Source: an uncultured Gammaproteobacteria bacterium (GTDB lineage: Bacteria; Patescibacteriota; Microgenomatia; CAYQLK01). Taken from it: DNA of 64,000 nt. The DNA lies in assembly GCA_964404855.1 (NCBI GenBank), contig CAYOLO010000001.1, forward strand, positions 297,322-361,321, written 5' to 3'. The notes under the pieces were generated by a model. The model worked only from the letters and a program-made list of their open reading frames with translations. It was not told the DNA's origin and did no database searches. Both the position numbers and the translations under genes were made by a program. Below are positions 39,720 to 53,362 of this stretch, one piece after another. Positions within the stretch are counted from its first letter, which is position 1; every line of letters starts with the position of its first letter.

Positions 39720-42092
39720 ATGATTTTGTCTAAATCAGATATTAAAAAAATTAATGAATTTTGGGAAAAGGAAAATGTTTATTTTTCTGATGTAAATTCT
39801 GATAAAAAAAAGTTTTATATGTTGGATATGTTTCCTTATCCATCAGGTGATGGTTTACATGTAGGGCATGTTAAGGGTTATGTTGGTACTGATATTTATT
39901 CCCGCTATATGAGGATGAGAGGTTATGAAGTTTTACATCCAATGGGTTGGGATGCTTTTGGTTTACCGGCAGAAAATTATGCAATCAAAACTGGAATTAA
40001 TCCAAAAATCACAACTAAAGAAAACATCAAAAATTTTAAAGAGCAATTCAATCTGATTGGCCAATCATTTGACTGGTCTAAAGAAATCAATACAACTGAT
40101 CCAAAATACTACCACTGGACCCAGTGGATATTTTTACAACTATATAAGAGGGGGTTGGCGTATGAAGATTTAACAGAAATTAATTGGTGTCCAAAAGATA
40201 AGACCGGACTAGCTAATGAGGAAGTAGTGAATGGTAAATGTGATAGATGTGGTGAAGAGGTTGAAAAAAGGGAATTAAAACAGTGGATTCTTAAAATTAC
40301 AGAATATGCGGACAAACTTCTTACTGATTTGGATCTATTAGATTGGCCGGAATCCATAAAAACCATGCAGAAGAATTGGATCGGCAGAAGTGATGGGTTT
40401 GAAATACTGTTTGATATATTAAATACCAATAACAGTATAAAAGTATATACTACACGACTTGACACTATATTTGGGGTAAAAGCAATTGTAATTGCTCCTG
40501 ATCATGAGTTTTCACGCAATATTATCAGTGAAAATAAGGATTTGGATGTCATTAAAGATATCAAAAGACTTCAGTCGCAAAAAAATGATTTCAAAGCTGA
40601 AAAAGAAGGAGTTTTCACTAACTATTATTGTGAAAACATAGTAAATAAGGAGAAAATACCAGTTTTTGTTTCAAACTATGTTGTATCAGGTTATGGAACA
40701 GGCGCCGTTATGGTGGTACCAGCACATGACGAAAGAGATTTCGAATTTGCTAAAAAAATTAACTTAGAAATAACTAGAGTTATTGATGGAATTGGTGAGT
40801 TGCCATATGTCGATTACGGAACATTAATTAATTCGGGAAAATACACAAATCAGCAGTCTAAAGAGGCGATTGAAAGTATTTTTAATGATTACAAAGATAC
40901 TAATAGAATAACCAAAAAGGTTAATTACAAACTAAGAGATTGGATCTTTTCTCGCCAAAGATATTGGGGTGAGCCAATTCCTTTGGTACACTGCGAAAAA
41001 TGTGGTGTTGTGCCTATTGATGAAGATCAGTTGCCTCTACTTTTACCCGAAACTGATGATTTTTTGCCGACTGATAATGGTAAGTCGCCACTATCTAAGT
41101 TGACAGACTGGAAAAAAACCACTTGTCCAAAATGTGGAGGCGAAGCAGAGCGAGAAACACACACAATGCCACAATGGGCGGGCTCATGTTGGTACTACCT
41201 TAGATATTTAAATCCTGACTATGATAAAGGTCCCTTTGAAAAAACTGTGGCAGATAAGTGGTTGCCGGTAGATTTTTATGTTGGTGGTGCTGAACATGCG
41301 GTTTTACACCTACTGTATGCAAGGTTTTGGCACAAATTTATGTATGACCTTGGGTTATTGTCAACCAAGGAGCCGTTTTTGAAACTCAGAAATGTGGGTA
41401 TGGTTCTGGGTCCTGATGGATTAAAGATGAGTAAATCTAAAGGCAATGTGGTCAACCCCAATGAATACGTTGAAGCTTATGGACCAGATACTGTTCGAGT
41501 ATATGAAATGTTTATGGGGCCGTTTGAAAGTGTCGGAATCTGGAATCCAGAGAGCGTTGAAGGTGTTAATCGGTTTATTAAGAAAGTAAAAAAGTTTTTT
41601 GATAGTGTGATTTGGGAGTCGGAGACTGACAATGAAACATTATCGAGGCTGGCTATTTTAACGGGTGTTGTTGAGCGAGGTATTGAAACAATGAGCTTTA
41701 ACACTGTTGTATCGGCTTATATGGAGTTTTTTAATTACCTATCAGATGGCAATGTAAGACTGACAAAAGATGATGGTGAAAGTTTGGTTAAGATTTTAAG
41801 CCCGTATATGCCATTTTTGTCAGAGAAAATTTGGCTTGAGCTTGGAAATAAAATATCTGTTCATAAGGCTACTTGGCCGATTTTTGATGAAGAATTAAAG
41901 AAAATGAGAGTTTTGGAAATCCCTGTGCAGGTTAATGGTAAGAGAAGGTTTGCAATTCAGGCTGAATCTGGGGCTGATCAAAAAACTATCGAAGGTTTAG
42001 TTAAAAAGACAGAGGAATATAAAAGATACCAACTTGATGGTGCGACAAAGGTGATTTTTGTATTAGACAAAATTATTAACTATATCGTATAG
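39720..42092 (+). CDS. leuS: leucine--tRNA ligase
   Basis: MFPYPSGDGLHVGH, GGAEHAVLHLLYARFW and KMSKS motifs. Confidence 0.97.
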   Translation: MILSKSDIKKINEFWEKENVYFSDVNSDKKKFYMLDMFPYPSGDGLHVGHVKGYVGTDIYSRYMRMRGYEVLHPMGWDAFGLPAENYAIKTGINPKITTKENIKNFKEQFNLIGQSFDWSKEINTTDPKYYHWTQWIFLQLYKRGLAYEDLTEINWCPKDKTGLANEEVVNGKCDRCGEEVEKRELKQWILKITEYADKLLTDLDLLDWPESIKTMQKNWIGRSDGFEILFDILNTNNSIKVYTTRLDTIFGVKAIVIAPDHEFSRNIISENKDLDVIKDIKRLQSQKNDFKAEKEGVFTNYYCENIVNKEKIPVFVSNYVVSGYGTGAVMVVPAHDERDFEFAKKINLEITRVIDGIGELPYVDYGTLINSGKYTNQQSKEAIESIFNDYKDTNRITKKVNYKLRDWIFSRQRYWGEPIPLVHCEKCGVVPIDEDQLPLLLPETDDFLPTDNGKSPLSKLTDWKKTTCPKCGGEAERETHTMPQWAGSCWYYLRYLNPDYDKGPFEKTVADKWLPVDFYVGGAEHAVLHLLYARFWHKFMYDLGLLSTKEPFLKLRNVGMVLGPDGLKMSKSKGNVVNPNEYVEAYGPDTVRVYEMFMGPFESVGIWNPESVEGVNRFIKKVKKFFDSVIWESETDNETLSRLAILTGVVERGIETMSFNTVVSAYMEFFNYLSDGNVRLTKDDGESLVKILSPYMPFLSEKIWLELGNKISVHKATWPIFDEELKKMRVLEIPVQVNGKRRFAIQAESGADQKTIEGLVKKTEEYKRYQLDGATKVIFVLDKIINYIV

Positions 42093-42114
42093 GTAGCTTA
42101 AGTTTAGTAAAAAA

Positions 42115-42537
42115 GTGGATAGAGACAATTTGTGGTTAAAAACTAGGTTGGAGCATTTGTGGGCAAGATATTTTCCCGATTTGGAAAAATCAAATACTGT
42201 CATGGTTACATTCGGTAGATACGCTAAGTTTCGTTTTGCCTCAATTAAATATCAGCAAAAGTCTATTTTTGTTAAAGGGGTAACCGTGATTACGGTTAGT
42301 TCGATGTTTAAGAGCAAGGAGGTGCCGGAGGAAGTAGTGCTTTATTCGCTGGCTCACGAACTTGCACATTACGCGCACGGTTTCTCATCATCTAAGAGCA
42401 AAAAACATAGACATCCCCATAAGGGTGGGGTGGTTGACAGAGAGATTGAGTCTCGCGGTTTGGGTATTTTGGTTAAATCTTATAAAGATTGGCTTAAAGA
42501 ATATAGACAAATGATTCGAGAAGGTCGGGAAGTCTAA
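42115..42537 (+). CDS. SprT-like zinc metalloprotease
   Basis: HELAH motif plus downstream HPH. Confidence 0.7.
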   Translation: MDRDNLWLKTRLEHLWARYFPDLEKSNTVMVTFGRYAKFRFASIKYQQKSIFVKGVTVITVSSMFKSKEVPEEVVLYSLAHELAHYAHGFSSSKSKKHRHPHKGGVVDREIESRGLGILVKSYKDWLKEYRQMIREGREV

Positions 42538-42632
42538 GTTGAAGTAAGAGTTTGATTTTTGAGGCTAACTGGATTAGTCTAGCCTTTGAATAAACAAGTG
42601 TAAGCATAAAATCTGCCTGTAAAAGTAAAAAT

Positions 42633-43820
42633 ATGGGCAAATTTTGGCTTGTGATATTGATTTTGTTACTGATGGCAATGTTTAGGTCAACAGTTTTGGT
42701 TGAACAAAAGTATAGGCACAGTGATTTGGTTATCGATGAGGAGTTGAGAGTAAATAATTACCCAGAATTTTCAAAAAATGTTCAATATTTTGATACTGAC
42801 TATGGAAGGTTGGTAACCGACAGATGGCCAAAGTATGAAAAGGGTGAGATTTTGTTGGTAAAAGGAGACTATTTGGCGGAAAAAGAGGCGATTTGGTTTC
42901 CTGAGGTTAGTTCTAGAGGTAAACCTACAGGAATACAGGGACTATTAAACTCAATAAGAAGTGGTATTTCACATAAAATCAATCATTATTTTGACCATCA
43001 ATCATCGGAATTAATATTGGGAATGCTTATTGGTCAGAATGATTTGACGCCTGATTTATCAGAACAACTTAAGCGTTCAGGTGTTATTCATGTTGTGGTT
43101 GTTTCTGGGCAGAATTTGACAATGATTTTTGCTTTCCTTGCGCTTTGGGGTAGATACACTAGGAGGAAAGTTTTTTTAATAATTTCAATAACCATATTAA
43201 GTGTATATGTGTTTTTGGTAGGAATGGATCCACCTGTGGTTAGAGCATATTTAATGATCTTGGTTGTTGTTTTGGCGGAATTATTAGGTAGAAAATATTC
43301 AAGTGTTCAGGCTTTGGTTCTGACTGCTGGAGTGATGGTGGCGTACAACCCTTTGTATATCGGGGAGGTGTCGTTCAGGTTATCTTTTTTGGCTTCGCTT
43401 GGGGTATTAATAGGAATAAAAGTAACTAGCTTGCTAAATACGGGCCAAAAAGGCTTTTTAAAGTATTTGGTGGAGGTGTATATCACAAGTTTTTTTGCGT
43501 GGCTTATGACTGCGCCAGTGATAATTATAAGCTTTGGATCATTGAGCGTAGTTGCGCCAATAGTAAACTTAGCTGTGTTGTGGTTAGTTCCAATAATTAT
43601 GGTTGGTGGAACAATATTTGTGTTAGTGCCTGATTTTTTTAGCAGTTTTTTCAGTTATTTTTTGCAGATTCTGGTAAATGGTTTTTTGGTTGTAGTAGCT
43701 TGGTTTGCAAAAATTGATATAGATATTTATGAAGCTAACAGTAGTATAAGTTTATATATTGTTATTTTTAGTTATATTTTGATACTCACTTTAATTAAAT
43801 TGTTTTTAAAAATTAAATGA
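42633..43820 (+). CDS. comEC: ComEC/Rec2 competence membrane domain
   Basis: SGVIHVVVVSGQN, PPVVRA, SFRLSFLA motifs. Confidence 0.9.
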   Translation: MGKFWLVILILLLMAMFRSTVLVEQKYRHSDLVIDEELRVNNYPEFSKNVQYFDTDYGRLVTDRWPKYEKGEILLVKGDYLAEKEAIWFPEVSSRGKPTGIQGLLNSIRSGISHKINHYFDHQSSELILGMLIGQNDLTPDLSEQLKRSGVIHVVVVSGQNLTMIFAFLALWGRYTRRKVFLIISITILSVYVFLVGMDPPVVRAYLMILVVVLAELLGRKYSSVQALVLTAGVMVAYNPLYIGEVSFRLSFLASLGVLIGIKVTSLLNTGQKGFLKYLVEVYITSFFAWLMTAPVIIISFGSLSVVAPIVNLAVLWLVPIIMVGGTIFVLVPDFFSSFFSYFLQILVNGFLVVVAWFAKIDIDIYEANSSISLYIVIFSYILILTLIKLFLKIK

Positions 43821-44641
43821 AAAATAAGATTTTAGCTTTGATATTCGTAATAGTTAGTGTTTTTGTGATTTTTGTAGGTCAAAAAAGTAATGATTATTTA
43901 CAATTAAATATTTGTGATGTGGGACAGGGTGATGGTGCAGTTATTAAGTCTGTTGGGGGTAGGCTGATAGTAATTGATGGCGGTCCTGATAGAAAAATAC
44001 TCGATTGTGTTGAAGAATTAAGTGTATTCAAAGCTAAAACGATTGATTATATGATCCTTACACATCCACATAAAGACCATGTAGCAGGTCTTGTTGAGCT
44101 TCTGGAAAGATATGATGTGGGTCTAGTTATCATGGCGTATGAAAAGAGCTACGAGAACGATGAATATAATGTTTTTAAGAAAAAACTAGAGGATATAAGT
44201 GTTAATTGGGTTATGTCAGGAGATAGGTATGAGATAGAAGATGGTTTGAGGCTAGAATTCGTTTGGCCTGTATATGGATATAGCGCAAAAAATGTGAATG
44301 ATGAATCTCTGGTTACGAGGATTGTATACAAGGATAGTTGTTTTTTGCTAACTGGGGATGCGGGGTCAGATTTTGAGAAATATTATGCAGAGAATTTTTT
44401 AGATTGTGATGGATTGAAAGTAGGGCATCATGGGAGTAAGTTTGCGACTTCGAAATATTTTTTGGAAGTTGTAAGACCAAGGATTGCAGTTATTTCTTCT
44501 GGCGTTAATACATATGGTCATCCTAGTAGGGAAGTATTGAGCAGGCTTAGTGAGAGCGGAGCTAAGATATTTAGGACCGATGAGGGTACAGTAAAAATTG
44601 TCTCAAGCGGTTTGGGATGGTATATTGCAGACACAAAATAA
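43817..44641 (+). CDS. ComEC-associated metallo-beta-lactamase-fold nuclease (split comEC C-terminal part)
   Basis: DVGQGD, THPHKDH, LLTGD, KVGHHGS, YGHP motifs; ATGA overlap with comEC. Confidence 0.9.
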   Translation: MKNKILALIFVIVSVFVIFVGQKSNDYLQLNICDVGQGDGAVIKSVGGRLIVIDGGPDRKILDCVEELSVFKAKTIDYMILTHPHKDHVAGLVELLERYDVGLVIMAYEKSYENDEYNVFKKKLEDISVNWVMSGDRYEIEDGLRLEFVWPVYGYSAKNVNDESLVTRIVYKDSCFLLTGDAGSDFEKYYAENFLDCDGLKVGHHGSKFATSKYFLEVVRPRIAVISSGVNTYGHPSREVLSRLSESGAKIFRTDEGTVKIVSSGLGWYIADTK

Positions 44642-44647
44642 CTATAA

Positions 44648-46231
44648 ATGATTAAAGATAGAATTTTAGAAGAATTTGTAAGAGTCTTAGCTAAACATGG
44701 TCTGCCTAATGAGAATATTGAGATTATTTCAACAAATATAAAAGGCAGGGGTCATTTTAGTACCAATTACGCTCTAATAAATGGTTTTAGTGAAGAGAGT
44801 AAAAAGCTTCTGGAAGAGAAGGTTGTTGTGGAATTAAATAGTGAATCAGGAAAAACTGAAAATCCCTTTTTTGAAAAAGTTGAATATATTAAGCCTGGAT
44901 TTGTGAATTTTACGATGGGTATTGTTCCTCTAACACAAGAGTTTGCAGTTATTCAGAAGGAAAAATCAGACTACGGGAAAGTTGATATTGGCGGCGGGAA
45001 AAATGCGGTAATTGAGATTGTTTCCGCTAATCCTACGGGTCCAATACATTTAGGTAACGCTCGTGGTGGTCCAATTGGAGATGTGATTGCCAGTTTGTTT
45101 GACTACTACGGATACAAAGTGACTCGGGAGTTTTATCTTAATAATGTAGGTGGTCAGGTAAAAAAGTTTAAAGACTCAATAAAGGCGATTTATGCTGGTA
45201 CTGGTGAGGGTGAGTATAGTGGGGAATTTTATGAGACTTTAGCAAAAACAGTATCTGGAGACAGTGAAAAAGCATTCGAGGATGTGATCGTATCAATAAA
45301 AAATGATTTGGCTGAACTTGGGGTTGTTTATGATAATTGGGTAACTGAATCGTCGGTAAAGGAAGGAAAAACCCAAACAATTATTACTTATTTGAAGGAT
45401 AAGGGATTAACCAAGGAGAAGGATGGTGCGTTGTGGTTTGCTCCCAGTGATGAGTTTTTGGAAGATAGAGAATGTGTACTGATTAAAAGCGATGGGAGTA
45501 ATACTCCGACATATTTTGCAAATGATATTGCATATCATAAAGATAAGTACGAGCGTGGTTACGAAAATATAGTAAATATTTGGGGAGCTAATCATCATGG
45601 TCACGTGCCAAGAATTAAGGCTGCTGTTAAGGCTCTTGGATTTGATGAATCTAAGCTGGAAGTCGTTTTGTACCAGTGGGTTTCTTTGATTGAAAACGGG
45701 AAGAAAAAATCGATGTCGAAGCGTAAGGGGGATTTTGTTACTCTTCGTGAAGTATTGGATGCGGTTGGAAAAGATGCGATTAGGTTTGCTTTTTTAAGTA
45801 GAGACTACAACACACCAATCGATATTGATTTGGACATATTGGTAAAAAAAGATAAAGAAAACCCCTTGTATTACATACAGTATGTAGCCGCGAGGGTAAA
45901 TAGTATTTTGGCAAAAGATAAGGAAAAGGTGGCTAATTCAGAAGTTTCTGATTTGAAGCTAGAGAAGGAAATGGACTTGATGCTTAAAACTTTGGAATAT
46001 CCAGATGTAGTCAGGACGGCCTTTGAGGAGCGAAAGGTTCACAAGATTGCCTTTTATTTGTATGATTTGGCTGCGATTTTTCATAAATATTATGAAGAAA
46101 CACCGATACTGAAAGACGATGGTGTGGGTATTGGGACAATTAACGCGAGAATTGAGTTAATCAAAGGGGTAAAGCAGATTGTCACAAATGGCTTAATGAT
46201 CTTGGGAATTAATGTTCCCGAGAAGATGTAA
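44648..46231 (+). CDS. argS: arginine--tRNA ligase
   Basis: SANPTGPIHLGNARG, WGANHHG, MSKRKG, YYIQYVAAR, PEKM end. Confidence 0.96.
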   Translation: MIKDRILEEFVRVLAKHGLPNENIEIISTNIKGRGHFSTNYALINGFSEESKKLLEEKVVVELNSESGKTENPFFEKVEYIKPGFVNFTMGIVPLTQEFAVIQKEKSDYGKVDIGGGKNAVIEIVSANPTGPIHLGNARGGPIGDVIASLFDYYGYKVTREFYLNNVGGQVKKFKDSIKAIYAGTGEGEYSGEFYETLAKTVSGDSEKAFEDVIVSIKNDLAELGVVYDNWVTESSVKEGKTQTIITYLKDKGLTKEKDGALWFAPSDEFLEDRECVLIKSDGSNTPTYFANDIAYHKDKYERGYENIVNIWGANHHGHVPRIKAAVKALGFDESKLEVVLYQWVSLIENGKKKSMSKRKGDFVTLREVLDAVGKDAIRFAFLSRDYNTPIDIDLDILVKKDKENPLYYIQYVAARVNSILAKDKEKVANSEVSDLKLEKEMDLMLKTLEYPDVVRTAFEERKVHKIAFYLYDLAAIFHKYYEETPILKDDGVGIGTINARIELIKGVKQIVTNGLMILGINVPEKM

Positions 46232-46250
46232 TTATCAAAATATTTTAAAT

Positions 46251-47063
46251 ATGAAAAAACTATTATTGATAATTATTTTGATTGGACTGACAGTTTGGTC
46301 GATTAGATCTTTTGGGGATGGTGGGGATAGTTCAAAGGTCGAGGGTGAGAGGACGGGTCGGGTTATATATAGCTTTGGATTAGTGAGCGATTCACACTTA
46401 AATAATGATGGACTTGCAAAAGCAATGGAGTTAGCAAAAATTGCCAAAGTAAATAGAGTTTTTGGACTTGGTGATTGGACTGAATATGGGGAAATAGAAA
46501 AATTATCTTTAACAAAAAACATATTTGAGCAAAGCGGGCTGTCTTATGAAGTTTTGCCTGGAGATCATGATTTGGCAAATTCTCGTGATTTGGGGTTATT
46601 AGCTAGAAGTAATTTTGATGCGGTTTTTGGTTTGGAAAATAAATCAATCGTGGAATCAAATATTCAGTTTGTTTTGGTTGATAATTCTGATATCTATTTG
46701 GGAGTTAATGATGAGAATTGGTTTGAAATAAAAAATATATTACTTGCTAGTCCACCCAAGCTGAGATTTGTTTTGGCACACAAGACTCCTTTTAATCCAG
46801 ACACCCAACATATTATGGGAGATGGTAGTGAAGAGGTAACATTTCAGGCAAAGCAGTTCCTGTATTTGTTGGAAACTTCTAAAGTAAATGAGTTATTTAC
46901 TGGCGATTTGCATCATTTTGCCCGCTACTCAAGCCCAAATGATGGTGTTAAAATCACTTCCATTGGCGCACTTAGTACAGAGAAGAACTTTCAAGGGCCG
47001 AATTTTGTAATTGTAAAAGTATTTGAAAACTATTCATATGAAGTCGAAAACATCCAAATCTAA
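46251..47063 (+). CDS. membrane-anchored calcineurin-like metallophosphoesterase
   Basis: DSH, GD, PGDHD and GDLH motifs; N-terminal TM. Confidence 0.85.
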   Translation: MKKLLLIIILIGLTVWSIRSFGDGGDSSKVEGERTGRVIYSFGLVSDSHLNNDGLAKAMELAKIAKVNRVFGLGDWTEYGEIEKLSLTKNIFEQSGLSYEVLPGDHDLANSRDLGLLARSNFDAVFGLENKSIVESNIQFVLVDNSDIYLGVNDENWFEIKNILLASPPKLRFVLAHKTPFNPDTQHIMGDGSEEVTFQAKQFLYLLETSKVNELFTGDLHHFARYSSPNDGVKITSIGALSTEKNFQGPNFVIVKVFENYSYEVENIQI

Positions 47064-48375
47064 AAAAACTACTAAAACCGTAGATTATTCGCTGGACACA
47101 TTGGATAACGGTATTAGGGTTTTGACGGTTGAAGATAAAAGTATCGAATCTGTTTTTGTTGAATTACTTTTTGGGGCAGGTTCTAGGTATGAGACTAAGG
47201 AAATAAATGGTATTTCACATTTTCTGGAACATATGTTTTTTAAGGGAACAAGGAAAAGACCAACTGCGAGAGAAATATCATCGATTCTGGATGGTATCGG
47301 GGCTGATTTTAATGCGTACACAGGTAAGGATCATACAGGTTATTACATTAGAAGTTCGGCCAAACATTTGGAGCTAAATGTTGAACTGTTGTCCGATATG
47401 TTGCTTCATAGCAAGTTGGATAAGGAAGAAATTGAGCGCGAAAAGGGTGTAATTGTTGAAGAGATGAGGATGTACCGAGATGATCCATCTAGGCAAGTTT
47501 ATGATGTGTATGAAGAGCTATTGTATGGAGACAGGCCATTGGGTTGGAGTATTGGTGGACCTGAAAAGACTATTAATTCCCTAACTCGAAATAAATTTTT
47601 GGAGTACCTCGAAAGTTTGTATAAACCAAACAATATGATTTTTGTTGTCGCAGGAAATGTAACGCCAATTATGGCAAAAAAATTGGCGCAAAAATATTTC
47701 GGTAAGATGAAAAAAGGAGATTTTGGTTTACCTGAGGTTTTTATTGATGATCAGCTTGTGCCAAGACTTTCTTTACAATATAAAAAAACTGATCAGGCAC
47801 ATATTATTTTAGGGTTTAAGTCTTTTGGAGCCAAAGATCCTGATGTTTTGGCAGCTTTGGTATTGTCGAGAATTTTGGGTGGTGGAATGAGTAGTCGACT
47901 ATTTGAAGAGGTACGAGAAAGAAGAGGCCTAGCTTATCGAGTTAACGCGAATCATTACGAGTATGTAGATACAGGATCTTTTGTGGTTAAACTGGGGTCA
48001 AAAGTTGAAAAAGTCGAAGAAGCAATTAAGGTAATTTTGAGTGAAATATCGAGAATGAAAACAGAGCCTGTTTCACATGCTGAGTTGCAAAGAGCGCTCG
48101 ATTCTATCGATGGTCATACTGCACTTGAAATGGAATCAAAAAAGAGTATTGCTTCGGGCTATGGCACTCAATTACTTTTGGAAAATAAGATTGATACCGT
48201 AAAAGACGAATTGAAAAAAATCAGTAAAGTAACGAATGCAGATATTTTGAGAGTCGCAAATCGAATATTTAATGATGAAAAGATGAATTTGGCGATAATT
48301 GGTCCATATAAAGAAAAATCTAGGTTTGAAAAATTATTAAAGATTAAGAGGTATACAAAAAGTCTGGGTTCTTAG
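47038..48375 (+). CDS. M16 family zinc peptidase
   Basis: HFLEH inverted zinc motif, SSRLFEEVRERRGLAY. Confidence 0.93.
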   Translation: MKSKTSKSKKTTKTVDYSLDTLDNGIRVLTVEDKSIESVFVELLFGAGSRYETKEINGISHFLEHMFFKGTRKRPTAREISSILDGIGADFNAYTGKDHTGYYIRSSAKHLELNVELLSDMLLHSKLDKEEIEREKGVIVEEMRMYRDDPSRQVYDVYEELLYGDRPLGWSIGGPEKTINSLTRNKFLEYLESLYKPNNMIFVVAGNVTPIMAKKLAQKYFGKMKKGDFGLPEVFIDDQLVPRLSLQYKKTDQAHIILGFKSFGAKDPDVLAALVLSRILGGGMSSRLFEEVRERRGLAYRVNANHYEYVDTGSFVVKLGSKVEKVEEAIKVILSEISRMKTEPVSHAELQRALDSIDGHTALEMESKKSIASGYGTQLLLENKIDTVKDELKKISKVTNADILRVANRIFNDEKMNLAIIGPYKEKSRFEKLLKIKRYTKSLGS

Positions 48376-48387
48376 GTTTAGTAAAAT

Positions 48388-48702
48388 ATGACCTTCAAGG
48401 AAAAAGTAATTAAATCCATTCTATCTGTTCCGGAAGGGAAAGTTACCACATACGGAACTATTGCTTTAATGGCTGGGCTATCGAGAGGGGGAAGATTGGT
48501 GGGGGGAATTTTGCATCATCAGACTGAAAAATATAATTTGCCTTGGCAAAGGGTGATAAATAGAGAAGGATTTATTTCTACAAGCTGCTCAGAGCACCAA
48601 AAAAGTTTGCAAAAAGCCTTGCTGGAATCAGAAGGGGTAGAAGTAAGTGATGATTTTGTGGTAGATTTGCAGAAATTCGGATGGTGGGGTCCGGAGAACT
48701 AG
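48388..48702 (+). CDS. alkyltransferase-like protein (ATL, MGMT family)
   Basis: VPEGKVTTYG; PWQRV in place of catalytic PCHRV. Confidence 0.88.
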   Translation: MTFKEKVIKSILSVPEGKVTTYGTIALMAGLSRGGRLVGGILHHQTEKYNLPWQRVINREGFISTSCSEHQKSLQKALLESEGVEVSDDFVVDLQKFGWWGPEN

Positions 48703-48743
48703 AAAATTTTTATTAGTAAACAAATATAAGGAGAAAATAAAAA

Positions 48744-49238
48744 ATGGAAAGAACATTAGTACTACTTAAGCCTGACGCAGTTGATCGTGGTTTGGTTGGT
48801 GAGATTTTACAAAGATTTGAAAAAGTCGGACTAAAAATCGCTGGAATGAAACTAATTTGGCCAAAAGAAGATGTGGCAAAAAAACACTACACAGAAGATT
48901 TGGCGGCTAGGCGTGGCGAAAATATTAGGAACATGATGATTGAAATGCTTGTGTCTGGACCAGTGGTAGCCGTTTGTTTGGAAGGTATTGAGGCCGTTGA
49001 ACAGGTTAGGAAAATGGTAGGCTCGACTGAGCCTAAATCCGCCCTGCCTGGCACGATTCGTGGTGATTATGCACATGTTTCTTATAAACATGCGGACGAG
49101 AAAGGTATTGGAATCTTTAACTTAATACATGCTTCAAGCAGTGTTGAAGAAGGGATTACTGAGACTGAGGTGTGGTTTAGTGAAGACGAACTTTGTGACC
49201 ACGAAGCAAGTTATACAAAGCACACAATTAAGTATTAA
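48744..49238 (+). CDS. ndk: nucleoside diphosphate kinase
   Basis: ERTLVLLKPDAV, PGTIRGDY, NLIHAS motifs. Confidence 0.95.
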   Translation: MERTLVLLKPDAVDRGLVGEILQRFEKVGLKIAGMKLIWPKEDVAKKHYTEDLAARRGENIRNMMIEMLVSGPVVAVCLEGIEAVEQVRKMVGSTEPKSALPGTIRGDYAHVSYKHADEKGIGIFNLIHASSSVEEGITETEVWFSEDELCDHEASYTKHTIKY

Positions 49239-49258
49239 AAATTGAGGCTAAAAATCTA

Positions 49259-49287
49259 TTGACCTGTTAATGTTTAAGTGTTAGAAT
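49259..49287 (+). promoter_or_regulatory. promoter of the tRNA-Ala/23S unit
   Basis: TTGACC-17 bp-TAGAAT. Confidence 0.65.
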
Positions 49288-49469
49288 CGCGTACAGCAAA
49301 ATTAAAGATTAAAGCTTATTTAAACGGGACAGACTAATTTTCGGGGGAAATCCCGTTTTTAGTTGGTTTCCCAATATACTTATTAGCTTAATATTTAGCT
49401 GACTCACAAGATTGCAGGTTGTGTGGGTTGAGACTGAAGGACTATCGCTTGTTAGTTGCGATGATTTTT

Positions 49470-49542
49470 GGGCCGGTAGCTCAGTTGGTAGAGCATCGCA
49501 TTTGCAATGCGAGGGTCAGGAGTTCGAGTCTCCTTCGGTCCA
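49470..49542 (+). tRNA. tRNA-Ala(TGC)
   Basis: cloverleaf; TCGCA-TTTGCAA-TGCGA anticodon arm. Confidence 0.95.
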
Positions 49543-49731
49543 CTGTTTAGACTTTTGAACGGGTATTTTAAAATTAAAATTCCCGTATTTGGGTCTAACC
49601 AAAACAAAAAATTAGGCTTGAACTTTAAAAACTGAATAGAAAATATTTGTCCAAAAATATTTTTGACGAGAAAAACTTTTACAGAAAAGAGAAAAAATTA
49701 GTTCTTTATCTGCGAACAAAAAAGATTTCTT

Positions 49732-52619
<2,888 letters not shown>

Positions 52620-52836
52620 TAAGAGTTTTCTTGTTTTTTAAAACAAGATATTTCCAGTCTTTTTTATTCGCAAAAAGAATTTTTCGTTCTTAAGTGTTTA
52701 AAAGGCAAATTAAGTTTTGTGATAAATTTCTTATCTTTAACAATTTATTGTTAAAGGCAGAAATGATTTGCGAAGCAAACATTTCTATTCAGTTTTTAGG
52801 TGTTCAAGCTTTTTTTGTGCTTGAAAGATTACTATT

Positions 52837-53217
52837 ATGGCAAAACCAGAGAGTAAAATATTCGATTTTGATTTAGGTGGTTATTTTGATTTTGGTGCGC
52901 CTGAAATTAAGGGAGAGTTTTCTGAAGATGAGGTTGATTTTTTAGGTGCAGTCTTAAGAGATAGAGTAATGGTTAGAATGCTTGCGAAAAGGGGAATTAA
53001 TGTCCGAGCTGTTTTGAGATACATGCTAAGTGAAGAAGAAATCGTTGGGTTTCTGGAGTCATCTGTGTCAGAAGATGTTATGGCTGAAGTGGCAAAACAT
53101 CTTGATTTTAGAGTGAATACAGCACTTTTGAATGAAAAAATTGAACCTGAGAGTGCAGAAAGGATATTAGCTTTTCGAAATAGCCGACTGCCAGCGTTTA
53201 CTTTGGACCAGTCTTGA
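52837..53217 (+). CDS. hypothetical protein between 23S and 5S
   Basis: 126-aa ATG ORF with host-like composition. Confidence 0.65.
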   Translation: MAKPESKIFDFDLGGYFDFGAPEIKGEFSEDEVDFLGAVLRDRVMVRMLAKRGINVRAVLRYMLSEEEIVGFLESSVSEDVMAEVAKHLDFRVNTALLNEKIEPESAERILAFRNSRLPAFTLDQS

Positions 53218-53248
53218 CATTAAGAGTAAATGAAGCTAAAATTCTCGA

Positions 53249-53362
53249 ACGGTTGTTGAAGCGGTTTGGTCCCACCTGATCCCATCCCGAACTCAGAAGT
53301 GAAACGAGCCAGCGGTGACAATAGTTATTGCGAAAGCGATTATGAAGATAGCTCGCAGCCGT
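53249..53362 (+). rRNA. rrf: 5S rRNA
   Basis: CACCTGATCCCATCCCGAACTCAGAAGTGAAAC motif; ends pair ACGGTTG/CAGCCGT; own TTGACA-17-TAAAAT promoter at 53214-53242. Confidence 0.93.
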